The translations under genes and the position numbers were made by a program. From Macrostomum hystrix (lineage: Eukaryota; Animalia; Platyhelminthes): 64,000 bases of DNA. Below are positions 36,808-49,154 of the stretch, piece after piece. The stretch is from NCBI GenBank assembly GCA_950097015.1, contig CATNEN010000035.1:558001-622000 (forward strand), given 5' to 3'. The notes below the pieces were generated by a model. It did no database searches. It worked only from the letters and a program-made list of their open reading frames with translations, and had not been told where the DNA came from. Each line of letters opens with the position of its first letter. Within the stretch, counting starts at the first letter, position 1.

Positions 36808-39103
36808 ATGCGGCCTCCATTGTCTTTAATCCGACTGATAATCCCACTGGCCTGGGCGCCCATCTGTTCTCCGATTACCTTCTGGGGCGGCCCCGACTGC
36901 ACCTCCGCCTACAAGGAGGAGCCCCCAGATGGCCCCGCCTGCCAGTTTCCGTCGCGAGGACCTGACGGCGACATCCGAGAATGTCAGAACAGTCGAGACG
37001 GCCTGTGGTGCCCGACCAGTGCGGACTACTGCAAGGACGGCCGGTTCAGGTGGTGCGCCGGGACGGACGGCACCTACGGCGGCAGCGATCCCGGCAGACC
37101 GTGTCATTTCCCGTTTCTCTACAAGGGCGAGCAGTTCAGGCACTGCATTCGACGGGACACGAAGGGAGGTGAGTCACTGGGGAGAGGTGAGGGAGAAGAG
37201 AGAGTCACTGGGGAGAGGTGAGGGAGAAGAGAGAGTCACTGGGGAGAGGTGAGGGAGAAGAGAGAGTCACTGGGGAGAGGTGAGGGAGAAGAGAGAGTCA
37301 CTGGGGAGAGGTGAGGGAGAAGAGAGAGTCACTGGGGAGAGGTGAGGGAGAAGAGAGAGTCACTGGGGAGAGGTGAGGGAGAAGAGAGAGTCACTGGGGA
37401 GAGGTGAGGGAGAAGAGAGAGTCACTGGGGAGAGGTGAGGGAGAAGAGAGAGTCACTGGGGAGAGGTGAGGGAGAAGAGAGAGTCACTGGGGAGAGGTGA
37501 GGGAGAACAGAGAGTCACGGGGGAGAGGTGAGGGAGAAGAGAGAGTCACTGGGGAGAGGTGAGGGAGAACAGAGAGTCACGGGGGAGAGGTGAGGGAGAA
37601 GAGAGAGTCACGGGGGAGAGGTGAGGGAGAACAGAGAGTCACTGGGGAGAGGTGAGGGAGAAGAGAGAGTCACGGGGGAGAGTTGAGGGAGAACAGAGAG
37701 TCACGGGGGAGAGGTGAGGGAGAACAGAGAGTCAGAGGAGAGAGGTGAGGGAGAACAGAGAGTCACTGGGGAGAGGTGAGGGAGAACAGAGAGTCACGGG
37801 GGAGAGTTAAGGGAGAACAGAGAGTCAGAGGAGAGAGGTGAGGGAGAACAGAGAGTCACTGGGGAGAGGTGAGGGAGAAGAGAGAGTCACGGGGGAGAGT
37901 TGAGGGAGAACAGAGAGTCAGAGGAGAGAGGTGAGGGAGAACAGAGAGTCACTGGGGAGAGGTGAGGGAGAAGAGAGAGTCACGGGGGAGAGTTGTGGGA
38001 GAACAGAGAGTCACGGGGGAGAGGTGAGGGAGAAGAGAGTCAGAGGAGAGAGGTGAGGGAGAACAGAGAGTCACTGGGGAGAGGTGAGGGAGAAGAGAGA
38101 GTCACGGGGGAGAGTTGAGGGAGAACAGAGAGTCAGAGGAGAGAGGTGAGGGAGAACAGAGAGTCACTGGGGAGAGGTGAGGGAGAAGAGAGAGTCACGG
38201 GGGAGAGTTGTGGGAGAACAGAGAGTCACGGGGGAGAGGTGAGGGAGAAGAGAGTCAGAGGAGAGAGTTGAGGGAAAACAGAGAGTCACGGGGGAGAGGT
38301 GAGGGAGAAGAGAGAGAAGTGGGAGGAGATTAAAAAATTAATGAGATGAAGCTGCCCTGTGTAAGTTTACTTTTCTAAGTAACTTAAAACCCCTTAAATG
38401 GTATTAAAATCAACCGACCCCAGAGAACTATTTGTGGTGCTCAACTACAAGCAACTACACAGGCAAGTGGACCCGGTGCCGGGAGCTGTCCCACCTGATG
38501 CCCTGCCGCTTCAGCAGGCAGAGCAGCGGTATAGAGCGGCAGTGCATCTACCAGAACCGGCAGTGGGTCTGCCAGACTGCCAGGGGCGATAGGCGCGTCT
38601 GCGAAGACACGGACACCACAGAGGGTGGCAACGACCCGGGCCGGCCGTGCAGCTTCCCGTTCAAGTACGACGGCGTGCGCCACACTGAGTGCCTGAAGCA
38701 CAGCTCCGAAGGTGAAGAGTACAACTGGTGCGCCACTACGCCAAATTTCGATCGGGATCACTTGTGGACAATGTGCAAACAGCGGGCCGAATTCCGATTG
38801 GAGGGCCTGTTGCTGCTGCTGGTGGTTGTTGGCAGCTCCGTCCTTGGCGCGTGCGCTCTGGCGTACTTTGTCCACTGTTTGAGCGAGTACGTCAAGCCCC
38901 TCTGCCTGCGACTCTGCCGCTCGAGGGGCCGGGCCAGGCGGCGGTCAACAGCCGAGCAGGCGGGCTCCGATTTCGAGGACGATCAGAACCAGAAGCCCCC
39001 ACCGCCGCCGCTAACGCCGACAGCTCCGCCTCCGTATGAGGACGTGGCGTTCTCTGGATTACCAACCACAACAGCTGAGCTGGATTTGCCAGCCTATTTG
39101 TAA
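36808..39103 (+). CDS. Type I membrane protein with fibronectin type II repeats and cytoplasmic PY motifs, 346 aa; exons 36808-37168 and 38424-39103
   Basis: Signal-like N-terminus; FN2 consensus PC-x-FPF-x-Y-x-G...C...WC-x-TT-x-N(Y/F)...W-x-x-C twice plus two degenerate copies; TM LLLLLVVVGSSVLGACALAYFV; tail PPPYEDV and LPAYL. The phase-1 intron falls inside an FN2 module. Confidence 0.9.
37170..38315. repeat. 31-bp minisatellite (GAGTCACTGGGGAGAGGTGAGGGAGAAGAGA)n filling the FN2-gene intron
   Basis: Direct reading; starts at the splice donor. Confidence 0.95.
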
Positions 39104-39305
39104 ATTGAGTCCACTGTGTACTTAAGTTGATGACAATGAAGCTTGCAAAATCCGCTTAAGAAACAAATAGTATAGGTTGCTCTATTTTGCAATTGCTATG
39201 TTAGTCTATCATTTGCCATGCATTTTTACTGTTTCTATTTAGAATAAACTAAAATACATTAAAATGGCAGTTTAATTAATGCGTAAAAAGCTTTATGTTT
39301 GTTTT

Positions 39306-39420
39306 TTACTCAAGTGCTTCAGTACTCAAGTGCTTCAGTACTCAAGTGCTTCAGTACTCAAGTGCTTCAGTACTCAAGTGCTTCAGTACTCAAGTGCTTC
39401 AGTACTCAAGTGCTTCAGTA
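39306..39420. repeat. 16-bp minisatellite (TACTCAAGTGCTTCAG), ~7 copies, just past the AATAAA at 39243
   Basis: Direct reading. Confidence 0.92.
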
Positions 39421-40254
39421 ATCACTCTAAAATTGGATTAAGCTCCTTATTTGATTGGATTAAGGATTAAGGGACCTCCTAACTTTCGTCCTATCAACCG
39501 CGTTTGTGGGGTTACGCAACAAGCCGAAGGTAATGCAACCCATTTCAGAACCAAAACAAGCTCGACAATAAGCAACCATGATGAAAATCGTTATAAAATA
39601 ATAGAAAACTTGTATTGGGTAAAAAAAAGAATCATGAGGCCTCCTCTGTTGCTTTTGTTAGTTAAAATGTGCATGAAAAGCAACAACCTTAAAGGACATA
39701 ATCGTGACTTGTTCCAATGAATAGCGTGCCAAAATGGAAGGAAATTTCTATAGCAACAGATTTGAAGGCATGGATACAGTGGAGGAGGCTATGGGGAAAA
39801 TTGCTTGGGTGGGAATGGAACTAAACAGAGGTGTAAAAACCGGCATTGCTTGCTAGAGCCCTTGGGCTAATCCCCTGCCCAGGCAACCTATCGATTGAAC
39901 TCATCTTTCTCCCTTGCCTTCTCAACCAGCATTCTCTCTCTCCCCTCCTCGGCCGTATCCCTTTCCCGAATCAATGACTCCGCGCGCCCGAGGCAGGCCC
40001 CGGCACTCATTATTTTTTTATTCCTCCTTCGCAGTGCAATTGGCAATGGGAAAAGAGACGGGGGGTCTGGCCAAAAGGTAAGCTGAAGATTGCTGAGCTG
40101 GAAGATTGTCCAGCCAGATTCCAAACCATCTTCTTCTCATTCTGATACATCAAAACTCGCTATTTTTTAATATATAAATATATATGAGCGCTGATACAAT
40201 CTGCACCACAATAATTCATTTCTGAACATCGCCCGAATCTCATGTCTCAGAATC

Positions 40255-41030
40255 GCTAAAATCTCATTTCTAAGAATCACTAGAATCTAGTTTCTAAGGA
40301 TAGCTAGAACCTCATTTCTAAGAATCACTAGAATCTAATTTCTAAGAATAGCTAGAACCTCATTTCTAAGAATCACTAGAATCTAATTTCTAAGAATAGC
40401 TAGAACCTCATTTCTAAGAATCACTAGAATCTAATTTCTAAGAATCGCCAGAATCTCATTTCTAAGAATCACTAGAATCTAATTTCTAAGAATCGCCAGA
40501 ATCTCATTTCTAAGAATCACTAGAATCTAATTTCTAAGAATAGCTAGAATCTCATTTCTAAGAATCACTAGAATCTTATCTCTAAGAATCGCCAGAATCT
40601 CATTTCTAAGAATCACTAGAATCTAATTTCTAAGAATAGCTAGAACCTCATTTCTAAGAATCACTAGAATCTAATTTCTAAGAATAGCTAGAACCTCATT
40701 TCTAAGAATCACTAGAATCTAATTTCTAAGAATAGCTAGAACCTCATTTCTAAGAATCACTAGAATCTAATTTCTAAGAATCGCTAGAACCTCATTTCTA
40801 AGAATAGCTAGAACCTCATTTCTAAGAATCGCTAGAATCCCATTTCTAAGAATCGCCAGAATCTCATTTCTAAGAATCGCCTGAATCTCATTTCTCAGAA
40901 TCACTCGAATCTCATTTCTCAGAGTCGCTAGAATCTCGTTTCTTAGAATCGCTACAATCGTAGTTCTCAGAATCTCTAGAATCTCATTTCTCATAAGCGG
41001 TTGAATCTCATTCTCAAAATCGCCTGAAAT
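40255..41030. repeat. 24-bp minisatellite with 48-bp higher-order unit (TTCTAAGAATCACTAGAATCTAAT / TTCTAAGAATAGCTAGAACCTCAT)
   Basis: Direct reading. Confidence 0.93.
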
Positions 41031-41514
41031 TGAATATTTTTTAGCAGCGCAAAACTAGAGTGACTCTGAATTGATCATCGAGCATCTGAAATTCTATTGC
41101 CATTATTATTTACTGACAAGTCTTTCCTTTCATGCGTTTTATAATCTCCTACCTAAGCATATAGGCGGCCTGCTTTTCTTTTAACCGGAGCACAAATTTG
41201 AGCAGGGGGGGCGGCAGTCGCTGAGAATCTTTCTGTCAAGCTGGTCACTTTTCCCACTCTATTTCACTCTGCCAGCAAAATTGCTGCATTTCAGTCTGCA
41301 AATCCAGTTCCTGTCTTCCCAAAACTGAGTTGTCCTCCTGAGGGGGAAGGAGAGAAGGAAGTGATATATTAGGGCGAAAAAACTGGAACTACAGCAAAAA
41401 AAGAAAGATTTGAGACCGCCCAACTGAACCCACCGGTGCTGAGCGGAAAGCCAATAGATTTGCACTTTTGAGCTGTTCTGGTTTCTCAGTTTGAAATTGT
41501 GAGCTACAGAATTA

Positions 41515-41955
41515 GCGGGTATGAGATTGTGAGATTAGAGATGCGAGAAGTGAGATGTGAGATTGTAAGACGTGAGATTGTGAGATGTGAGGTTGTGTGA
41601 GGTGATATTGTGAGATATGAGATGTGAGATGTGAGATTGTGAGATGTGAGGTTGTGTGAGGTGATATTGTGAGATATGAGATGTGAGATTATGAAACGTG
41701 AGATTGTGAGATGTGAGGTTGTGTGAGGTGATATTGTGAGATATGAGATGTGAGATGTGAGATTGTGAGATGTGAGGTTGTGTGAGGTGATATTGTGAGA
41801 TATGAGATGTGAGATTATGAAACGTGAGATTGTGAGATGTGAGGTTCTGTGAGATGAGATGTTAGATGTGAGATTGTTAGATGTGAGATTTTGAGACGTT
41901 AGATCGTGAGATGTGAGATTGAGACGATGAGATGTCAGATCTGAGATTTTGAGAT
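41515..41955. repeat. GTGAGAT(T)-based array with higher-order repeats
   Basis: Direct reading. Confidence 0.9.
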
Positions 41956-42444
41956 TCAAGACGAAACTGGCCGATAAGTGCTAAAGTTCGTGAGAATGGT
42001 TTGTGACCGGAAAGCAGAGGATTTAGCAGAACGGTAGCAACGGGATGTAAGACGTGGGGATTGGGAAATGTAGCGGACAAACCGCTTGCAGAAAAAGCAA
42101 CTGAATGACAACAGGCCCCAGCCCCAGCCGCAGCAAAAGGCAGGCAGACAAAACGGCAAGGGCAAAAGAGAAAGGAACTACACGATTATTAATCAAAGAC
42201 GACTCCCGACTGCCCCCGTCTGATCAAAAGGAATGAGCAGAGATGACAGGCCCGGAGGTTATCCGTGAGCACACGCACAGGCAGCGCCTTTGTGTGGCCA
42301 TGCTGAGCATTCAGCTAGAAGATAATGCCGCAGCATGAGAACAGAAGTGCATGCTGGGACAGCCAGCCTGCAGGTGGAAAACAAAACAGACTCACAATCA
42401 CATCACACGATGTCACATCATACGAGTCTCACATGCCATAGTAA

Positions 42445-42915
42445 AGAATCTCATATCCGAGAATCTCATATCCGAGAATCTCATATCCGAGAATCTCATA
42501 TCCGAGAATCTCATATCCGAGAATCTCATATCCGAGAATCTCATATCCGAGAATCACATATCACAGAATCACATATCACAGAATCTCATATCACAGAATC
42601 TCATATCCGAGAATCTCATATCCGAGAATCTCATATCCGAGAATCTCATATCCGAGAATCTCATATCCGAGAATCTCATATCCGAGAATCTCATATCCGA
42701 GAATCTCATATCCGAGAATCACATATCACAGAATCACATATCACAGAATCTCATATCACAGAATCTCATATCACAGAATCTCATATCACAGAATCTCATA
42801 TCACAGAATCTCATATCTGAGAATCTCATATCACAGAATCTCATATCCGAGAATCTCATATCACAGAATCTCATATCACAGAATCTCATATCTGAGAATC
42901 TCATATCACAGAATC
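42445..42915. repeat. 15-bp minisatellite GAATCTCATATC(CG/AC)A
   Basis: Direct reading. Confidence 0.95.
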
Positions 42916-43494
42916 TCACTGGCATTGTTGTGTCACGTAAATGAAACACCATTTCGAAAGTTAAAATTTTCTGTACTCAAATCGATATATATTTTATACG
43001 TGCAAAAATATAAATTCAAACTAAGAGTATTATAAAACTGACCAGTCGGGCAGTGCTCAATGTTCTCAAACTTTCTGTTTGCCCACAATGGTATCGATTC
43101 GCACTGTTGGCTGAGCGAGAGAAAAGGGACTAAGAGAGAAGTGCTCATTCGAGTACAGTAGCATACATGGGTGGCCTCTACGTTACTCTGTCACACAAAA
43201 ACTTTTTGTTTGCCTAAAATGTTTGGCAAGCATCCTAAATAGGAGTTTCGATTTAGGGGAGTGTCCACACACACTGCATATTGAATGTGTGCGTTATAAT
43301 CTAGTTTGTCAAAATTATGAAATTATTCCCTGCAGTTGATCCAATAACTCTTCAGTGCTAGACTTAGTTCGCAGTTAAATATCAGAAGTTAGGAAGATAG
43401 AAGTCACAAACGGGTCATTCATTGACACAGACAGGTCATAGACAAAAACATCACCGAGAAAAACTGGTTGCTGACAGCGGCACGTTTTTGATAG

Positions 43495-43880
43495 ACATAG
43501 GTGATTGACAGCCACCGGTGATTGACAGAAACAGGTAATTGACAGACACAGGTGATTGACAGACACAGGTGATTGACAGACACAGGTGATTGATAGACAC
43601 AGGTGATTGACAGACACAGGTGATTGACAGACACAGGTGATTGATAGACACAGTTGATTTGGCTAACACTGGTTATTGAAAGACACAGGTGATTGACAGA
43701 AACATGTGATTGACAGGCAGGTGATTGACAGGCAGGTGATTGACAGGCAGGTGATTGACAGGCAGGTGATTGACAGGCAGGTGATTGACAGGCAGGTGAT
43801 TGGCAGGCAAGTGACTGACAGGCAGGTGATTGACAGGCAGGTGATTGACAGGCAGGTGATTGACAGGCAGGTGATTGAAA
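43495..43880. repeat. 15/17-bp minisatellite TGACAG(GC|ACAC)AGGTGAT
   Basis: Direct reading. Confidence 0.93.
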
Positions 43881-44659
43881 GACACACACACAGAGACTTT
43901 GACCGGGCCAATGCCGCATAAGTTTGTGCAGCAATGTACTCCAGTTCTTTTTCAGCCGAAGGCCACTGAGAGTGCACAGAACAGTTTTTAGCACAAACGA
44001 ATCCTAGGCGACCGGTAAGTGCCAACTTTGAGTGCCCGATTGCGGGAGTGCCGGTGTGCAAAGCAGAAACATTCAATGGACAGGCGCTTGGCTCTTTGAG
44101 AACAGGCCGCTGCCTTTCACAGAGAGCTTTGCAAGAAAATTTCCGGCAAAAAAGGTAGAAAGATAGGGAGACGAAAATAAGTATTTGCCAGCGGGGAGGG
44201 GGATTTTTTCGCTCAGTCATGCCTAAAATTGCCTCACCCACCCCAACACCGCAGCGCCGCAGCCTCCTTCATCCTCGAACAGCCGGCGTCTTCAGTAGAG
44301 AAGACGAAAAGAAAAAACATTTTTTGCTCCACGTCCGACGGGTGGACACTGGGGCGCTGCGGAGGAAAGGCTGAAATCTGCTTAACAGCGAATGACTTCT
44401 TTATCAGAACAGAAAGGGGAGGTTTTGAGCATCTTCGAATTCAATCCGCCCATCTCACCGTCACCGAGACCGAGATAATCCCCCCTCGGCTGCATTAGGC
44501 TGACGCGGGGAATCGCTTAAGCCGCGCTCTATAAGCTGATTTCTAGGAGCAAATTTTAAGAAGCCTCGCCTCTGGTCGATCCGACACGCCTTGAAACAGT
44601 TCAGGTTTGCATCACAGCTTTCCTGCTGATTAGATGAGTTGAATTGAATGCATCAGCTG

Positions 44660-45400
44660 GGGAGACAAGAAGGGTAGAAAGAGAGGGGTAGAAAGAGAGG
44701 GGTAGAAAGAGAGGGGTAGAAACAGAGGGGTAGAAATAGAGGAGTGGATAGAGAGGGGGTAGAAAGAGAGGGGGTAGAAAGAGAGGGGGTAGAAAGAGAG
44801 GGGTAGAAAGAGAGGGGTAGAAAGAGAGGGATAGAAAGAAAATGGAATAAAGGACAAGGAAGAACGGCTAGGGAAGAGCTAGGAAATCGAATGGAAGAAA
44901 GAAAGGGAAATATAGGGAAGGGTAGAAAGACAGGGATAGAAAAAGAGGGATAGATATGGGTAGAAAGAGAGGAGTGGAAAGAGAGGGTAGAAAGAGTGCG
45001 GTAGAAAGAGAGGGGGTAGAAAGAGAAGGTAGAGAGAGGGGTAAAAAGAGAGGGGTAGAAAGGGAGGGGTAGAAAGAGAGGGGTAGAAAGAGAGGGATAG
45101 AAAGAAAATGGAATAAAGGACAAGGAAGAACGGCTGGGGAAGAGCTAGGAAATCGAATGGAAGAAAGAAAGGGAAGGGTAGAAAGACAGGGATAGAAAAA
45201 GAGGGATAGATAGGGGTAGAAAGAGAGGAGTGGAAAGAGAGGGTAGAAAGAGAGCGGTAGAAAGAGAGGGGGTAGAAAGAGAAGGTAGAGAGAGGGGTAG
45301 AAAGAGAGGGGTAGAAAGGGAGGGGTAGAAACAGAGGGGTAGAAATAGAAGAAGAGATTGAGAAAGGAAGAAAGAGCGTAAAAGAAAGGGAAGGGTAGAA
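44660..45400. repeat. Purine-rich GGTAGAAAGAGAGG array with an internal ~265-bp tandem duplication
   Basis: The block starting AAAGAAAATGGAATAAAGGACAAGG occurs at ~44836 and ~45101. Confidence 0.88.
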
Positions 45401-46039
45401 AAGGAATTATAAGTCTGAAAGTTGTAAAACAACTAAAAAAAGTTTAAACGCACAAACTGCACCCGAGAATTTAGATTACTGCTAAGGCTGCATGAGTAAT
45501 AAGGACAATTAATGTCTGTAGAAATCTGCAAATCATAAACTAGCTCCGATGCCTCTTCTAGAAGATGAATTGAAAGCGATACACTGGCCAAGCAAAACTG
45601 GAATATTCAATGAGGAATTCGCTTTGTGGAGCGGCCTGGGGGTGGGGTAGCAAAGTTTCGCGAGGTCAGATGAGATGGCCGCTTCATTGAGCCGAATCTT
45701 TCTTAGGGCGGAGGGCGTTATAGATACCTATATAGACTCACACAATTATCTATGCAGTAGTATAGAATAATAGCAGAGACACAGAGGCATCTTCCACCAC
45801 CCAGAAATCCATTAATTTCGCTTCATCAAACGCTATCAGTGCCAAAAGTAGACTTCGAGAAGAAAGTGGCTAACTGATTTAGAAATGAGCGAGAGCGGGG
45901 AATCGCCCACGAGCGATTAATAAGAAATTTATCTTAAAGCAAACTTCTTTTCACGTATAGGAATGAAAGAAATCCCTATGAACAGGATCAGTAGCTAAAA
46001 TCCTACTAGGATCATACCCGAAATCTTATCATGATCAAG

Positions 46040-47530
46040 AAGCTGGTATCGCAGCAGAAGCCGTAGCTGGTATCGCAGCAGAAGCCATAGCTGGTATCGC
46101 AGCAGAAGCCATAGCTGGTATCGCAGCAGAAGCCATAGCTGGTATCGCAGCAGAAGCCATAGCTGGTATTGCAGCAGAAGCCATAGCTGGTATCGCAGCA
46201 GAAGCCACAGCTGGTATCGCAGCAGAAGCCATAGCTGGTATCGCAGCAGAAGCCATAGCTGGTATCGCAGCAGAAGCCACAGCTGGTATCGCAGCAGAAG
46301 CCATAGCTGGTATCGCAGCAGAAGCCATAGCTGGTATCGCAGCAGAAGCCATAGCTGGTATCGCAGCAGAAGCCATAGCTGGTATCACAGCAGAAGCCGT
46401 AGCTGTTATCGCAACAGAAGCCAAAGCTTGTATCGCAGCAGGAGCCGGAGCTGGTATCGCAGCCGAACCAGAAGGTTCATCGCAACAGAAGCCAAAGCTG
46501 GTATCGCAACAGAAGCCAAAGCTTGTATCGCAGCAGGAGCCGGAGCTGGTATCGCAGCCGAACCAGAAGGTTCATCGCAACAGAAGCCAAAGCTGGTATC
46601 GCAGCAGAAGCCATAGCTGGTATCGCAGCAGAACGCTAAGGTCCATAGCAGCAGAAGCCATAGCTGGTATCGCAGCAGAACGCTAAGGTCCATCGCAGCA
46701 GGAGCCAGAGCTGGTATCGCAGCAGGCTGGTATCGCAGCAGAACGCTAAGGTCCATCGCAGCAGGAGCCAGAGCTGGTATCGCAGCAGGCTGGTATCGCA
46801 GCAGAACGCTAAGGTCCATCGCAGCAGGAGCTGGAGCTGGTACCGCAGCAGGCTGGTATCGCAGCAGGCTGGTATCGCAGCAGAACGCTAAGGTCCATAG
46901 CAGCAGAAGCCATAGCTGGTATCGCAGCAGAAGCCAAAGCTAATATCGCAGCAGGAGCCGGAGCTGGTATCGCAACAGAAGCCAAAGCTGATATCGCAGC
47001 AGGAGCCGGAGCTGGTATCGCAACAGAAGCCAAAGCTAATATCGCAGCAGGAGCCGGAGCTGGTATCGCAGCAGAACGCTAAGGTCCATCGCAGCAGGAG
47101 CCAGAGCTGGTATCGCAGCAGGCTGGTATCGCAGCAGAACGCTAAGGTCCATCGCAGCAGGAGCTGGAGCTGGTACCGCAGCAGGCTGGTATCGCAGCAG
47201 GCTGGTATCGCAGCAGAACGCTAAGGTCCATCGCAGCAGGAGCCAGAGCTGGTATCGCAGCAGGCTGGTATCGCAGCAGAACGCTAAGGTCCATCGCAGC
47301 AGGAGCTGGAGCTGGTACCGCAGCAGGCTGGTATCGCAGCAGGCTGGTATCGCAGCAGAACGCTAAGGTCCATCGCAGCAGGAGCTGGAGCTGGTACCGC
47401 AGCAGGCTGGTATCGCAGCAGGCTGGTATCGCAGCAGAACGCTAAGGTCCATCGCAGCAGGAGCTGGAGCTGGTACCCCAGCAGGCTGGTACCGCAGCAG
47501 GCTGGTATCGCAGCAGAACGCTAAGGTCCA
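46040..47530. repeat. 24-bp minisatellite (AGCAGAAGCCATAGCTGGTATCGC)n grading into modular higher-order repeats
   Basis: Direct reading. Confidence 0.93.
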
Positions 47531-47989
47531 GCATTTCAGGTCATATGGCGGCAATAATGGCACCCCAGCATCTCGATATCCAAATCCCGCACCCCCAATC
47601 AGTCAGATGGGGTGCTAGATAATCAATCCCCCTCCCCAGAGCGCAGAAACCCAAAGTGGACTGACGGGGACTCTGAAGGAGGTCCGGGCATCTTGGCTGC
47701 CAGGACCCAGGCTTGAATTATTAAAGGCTTTGGCTGTAGGGAAAACACACAAGGCTAACACTGCCTCCATGAGGCTCCATTACCGGCTGGAATTTCCTGC
47801 CGGCTCGGCCTTAATTGCAACAAGTTTTGGAAGCAGAAACTCACAGAGCAGAGATGAGCGCTTGCTGTGCAGTTTCAAGTGCACTTATATAGTTAGTCAC
47901 ACCAGCTGATTGGGCCATTTTTTAATACTTTCTGGGCACCAAAGTCTGGGCAAAAGGAAGTACCCCACTCAATTTAGCTCAAGGAAAAA

Positions 47990-48520
47990 TAGTTGGTAGG
48001 AGAGACGTGGAGAGAGAACAAAAGGTAGAAACAGAATGGAAAAAGTAGAACATAAGGAATAGAGGGTAGACATAGAGAGGAAGAAAAATGGAAGAAAGAG
48101 AGGGGGTAGAAGAAAGGGTTAGAGAAAGGGGGTAGAAGAGAGGGGTAGAAAGAGATTGGAAGGAAGATAAGGTAAGATAGAGAAGGGAAGAATCTGAGAG
48201 TTTAAAGAAGTAGAAAGCGAAGAAAATGAATGGAAGGGTAGAAGTGAAAAAGAAGAGAAACGTAGGAAGAGAAGCCAAGGGATAGAGGGAAGAAAAGGGG
48301 AAGAAAGAGAGGGTTAGAAAGACGAGGGAAGAAAGAGTAAGGGTAGAAAGACGAGGGAAGAAAGAGAAGGGTAGAAAGACGAGGGAAGAAAGAGAAGGGG
48401 AGAAAGACGAGGGAAGAAAGAGAAGGGGAGAAAGACGAGGGAAGAAAGAGTAGGTTATATAGAGAAGGGAAGAAATGGAGGGTTAGGGAGAGAGGGGTAG
48501 AAATAAAAGCGTAGGGGAAG
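47990..48520. repeat. Purine-rich low-complexity tract related to 44660-45400
   Basis: Direct reading. Confidence 0.8.
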
Positions 48521-49154
48521 ACATAGAGGGCTGATAAATTTCATGGAAACAGATAGAAATGAAATTTGAGTAGAAAGTAAGAAAATTATTGGAGCACACA
48601 CGGAGTTAACTGTGCGAGAGAGGCGTTAGACTGAAGAACATGAAATCAGAAGAATTTCAAAGTAATAAGATTCCAATAGAAAAAAATCTGGATGAGTAAT
48701 GCTTCACAGAAGTACAATCCGGAATCTGGCTCAGGATCTCACTCGAGAGTGTGAATTAGGGACATGTTAGTGAAACTTAAAGAAACGCAGCAGAGGCGTT
48801 GACATGGGACAGAAGAAGAAATCGTGGTAAATATTCGGCTGCAATTAATTTCTTCGCTTGCGACGCCTATACCCCGGATTCTAGGAATTGAGCACAGCAG
48901 CTGCTTGAGTTAGTTAGAAGATTTTCATCCCCCCAACCAAAATGAGTTCTACTGGTCGATGTTAGCAAGCGCGAGTGCGGTGTCATGCCCATAGTCTACG
49001 TCTGTTTCAATATTCAGAAAGCTCAAACTTTTTCTGTTTTAAATACATGGAAGTCACTTTCTGTTTGACAACCAAGCTCAATTACCATTTATGATAAGGC
49101 TTTCCAAAAAACAACTTGTATATTTATATAGCGCCTTGAAGTTCAGAAGCAAGT

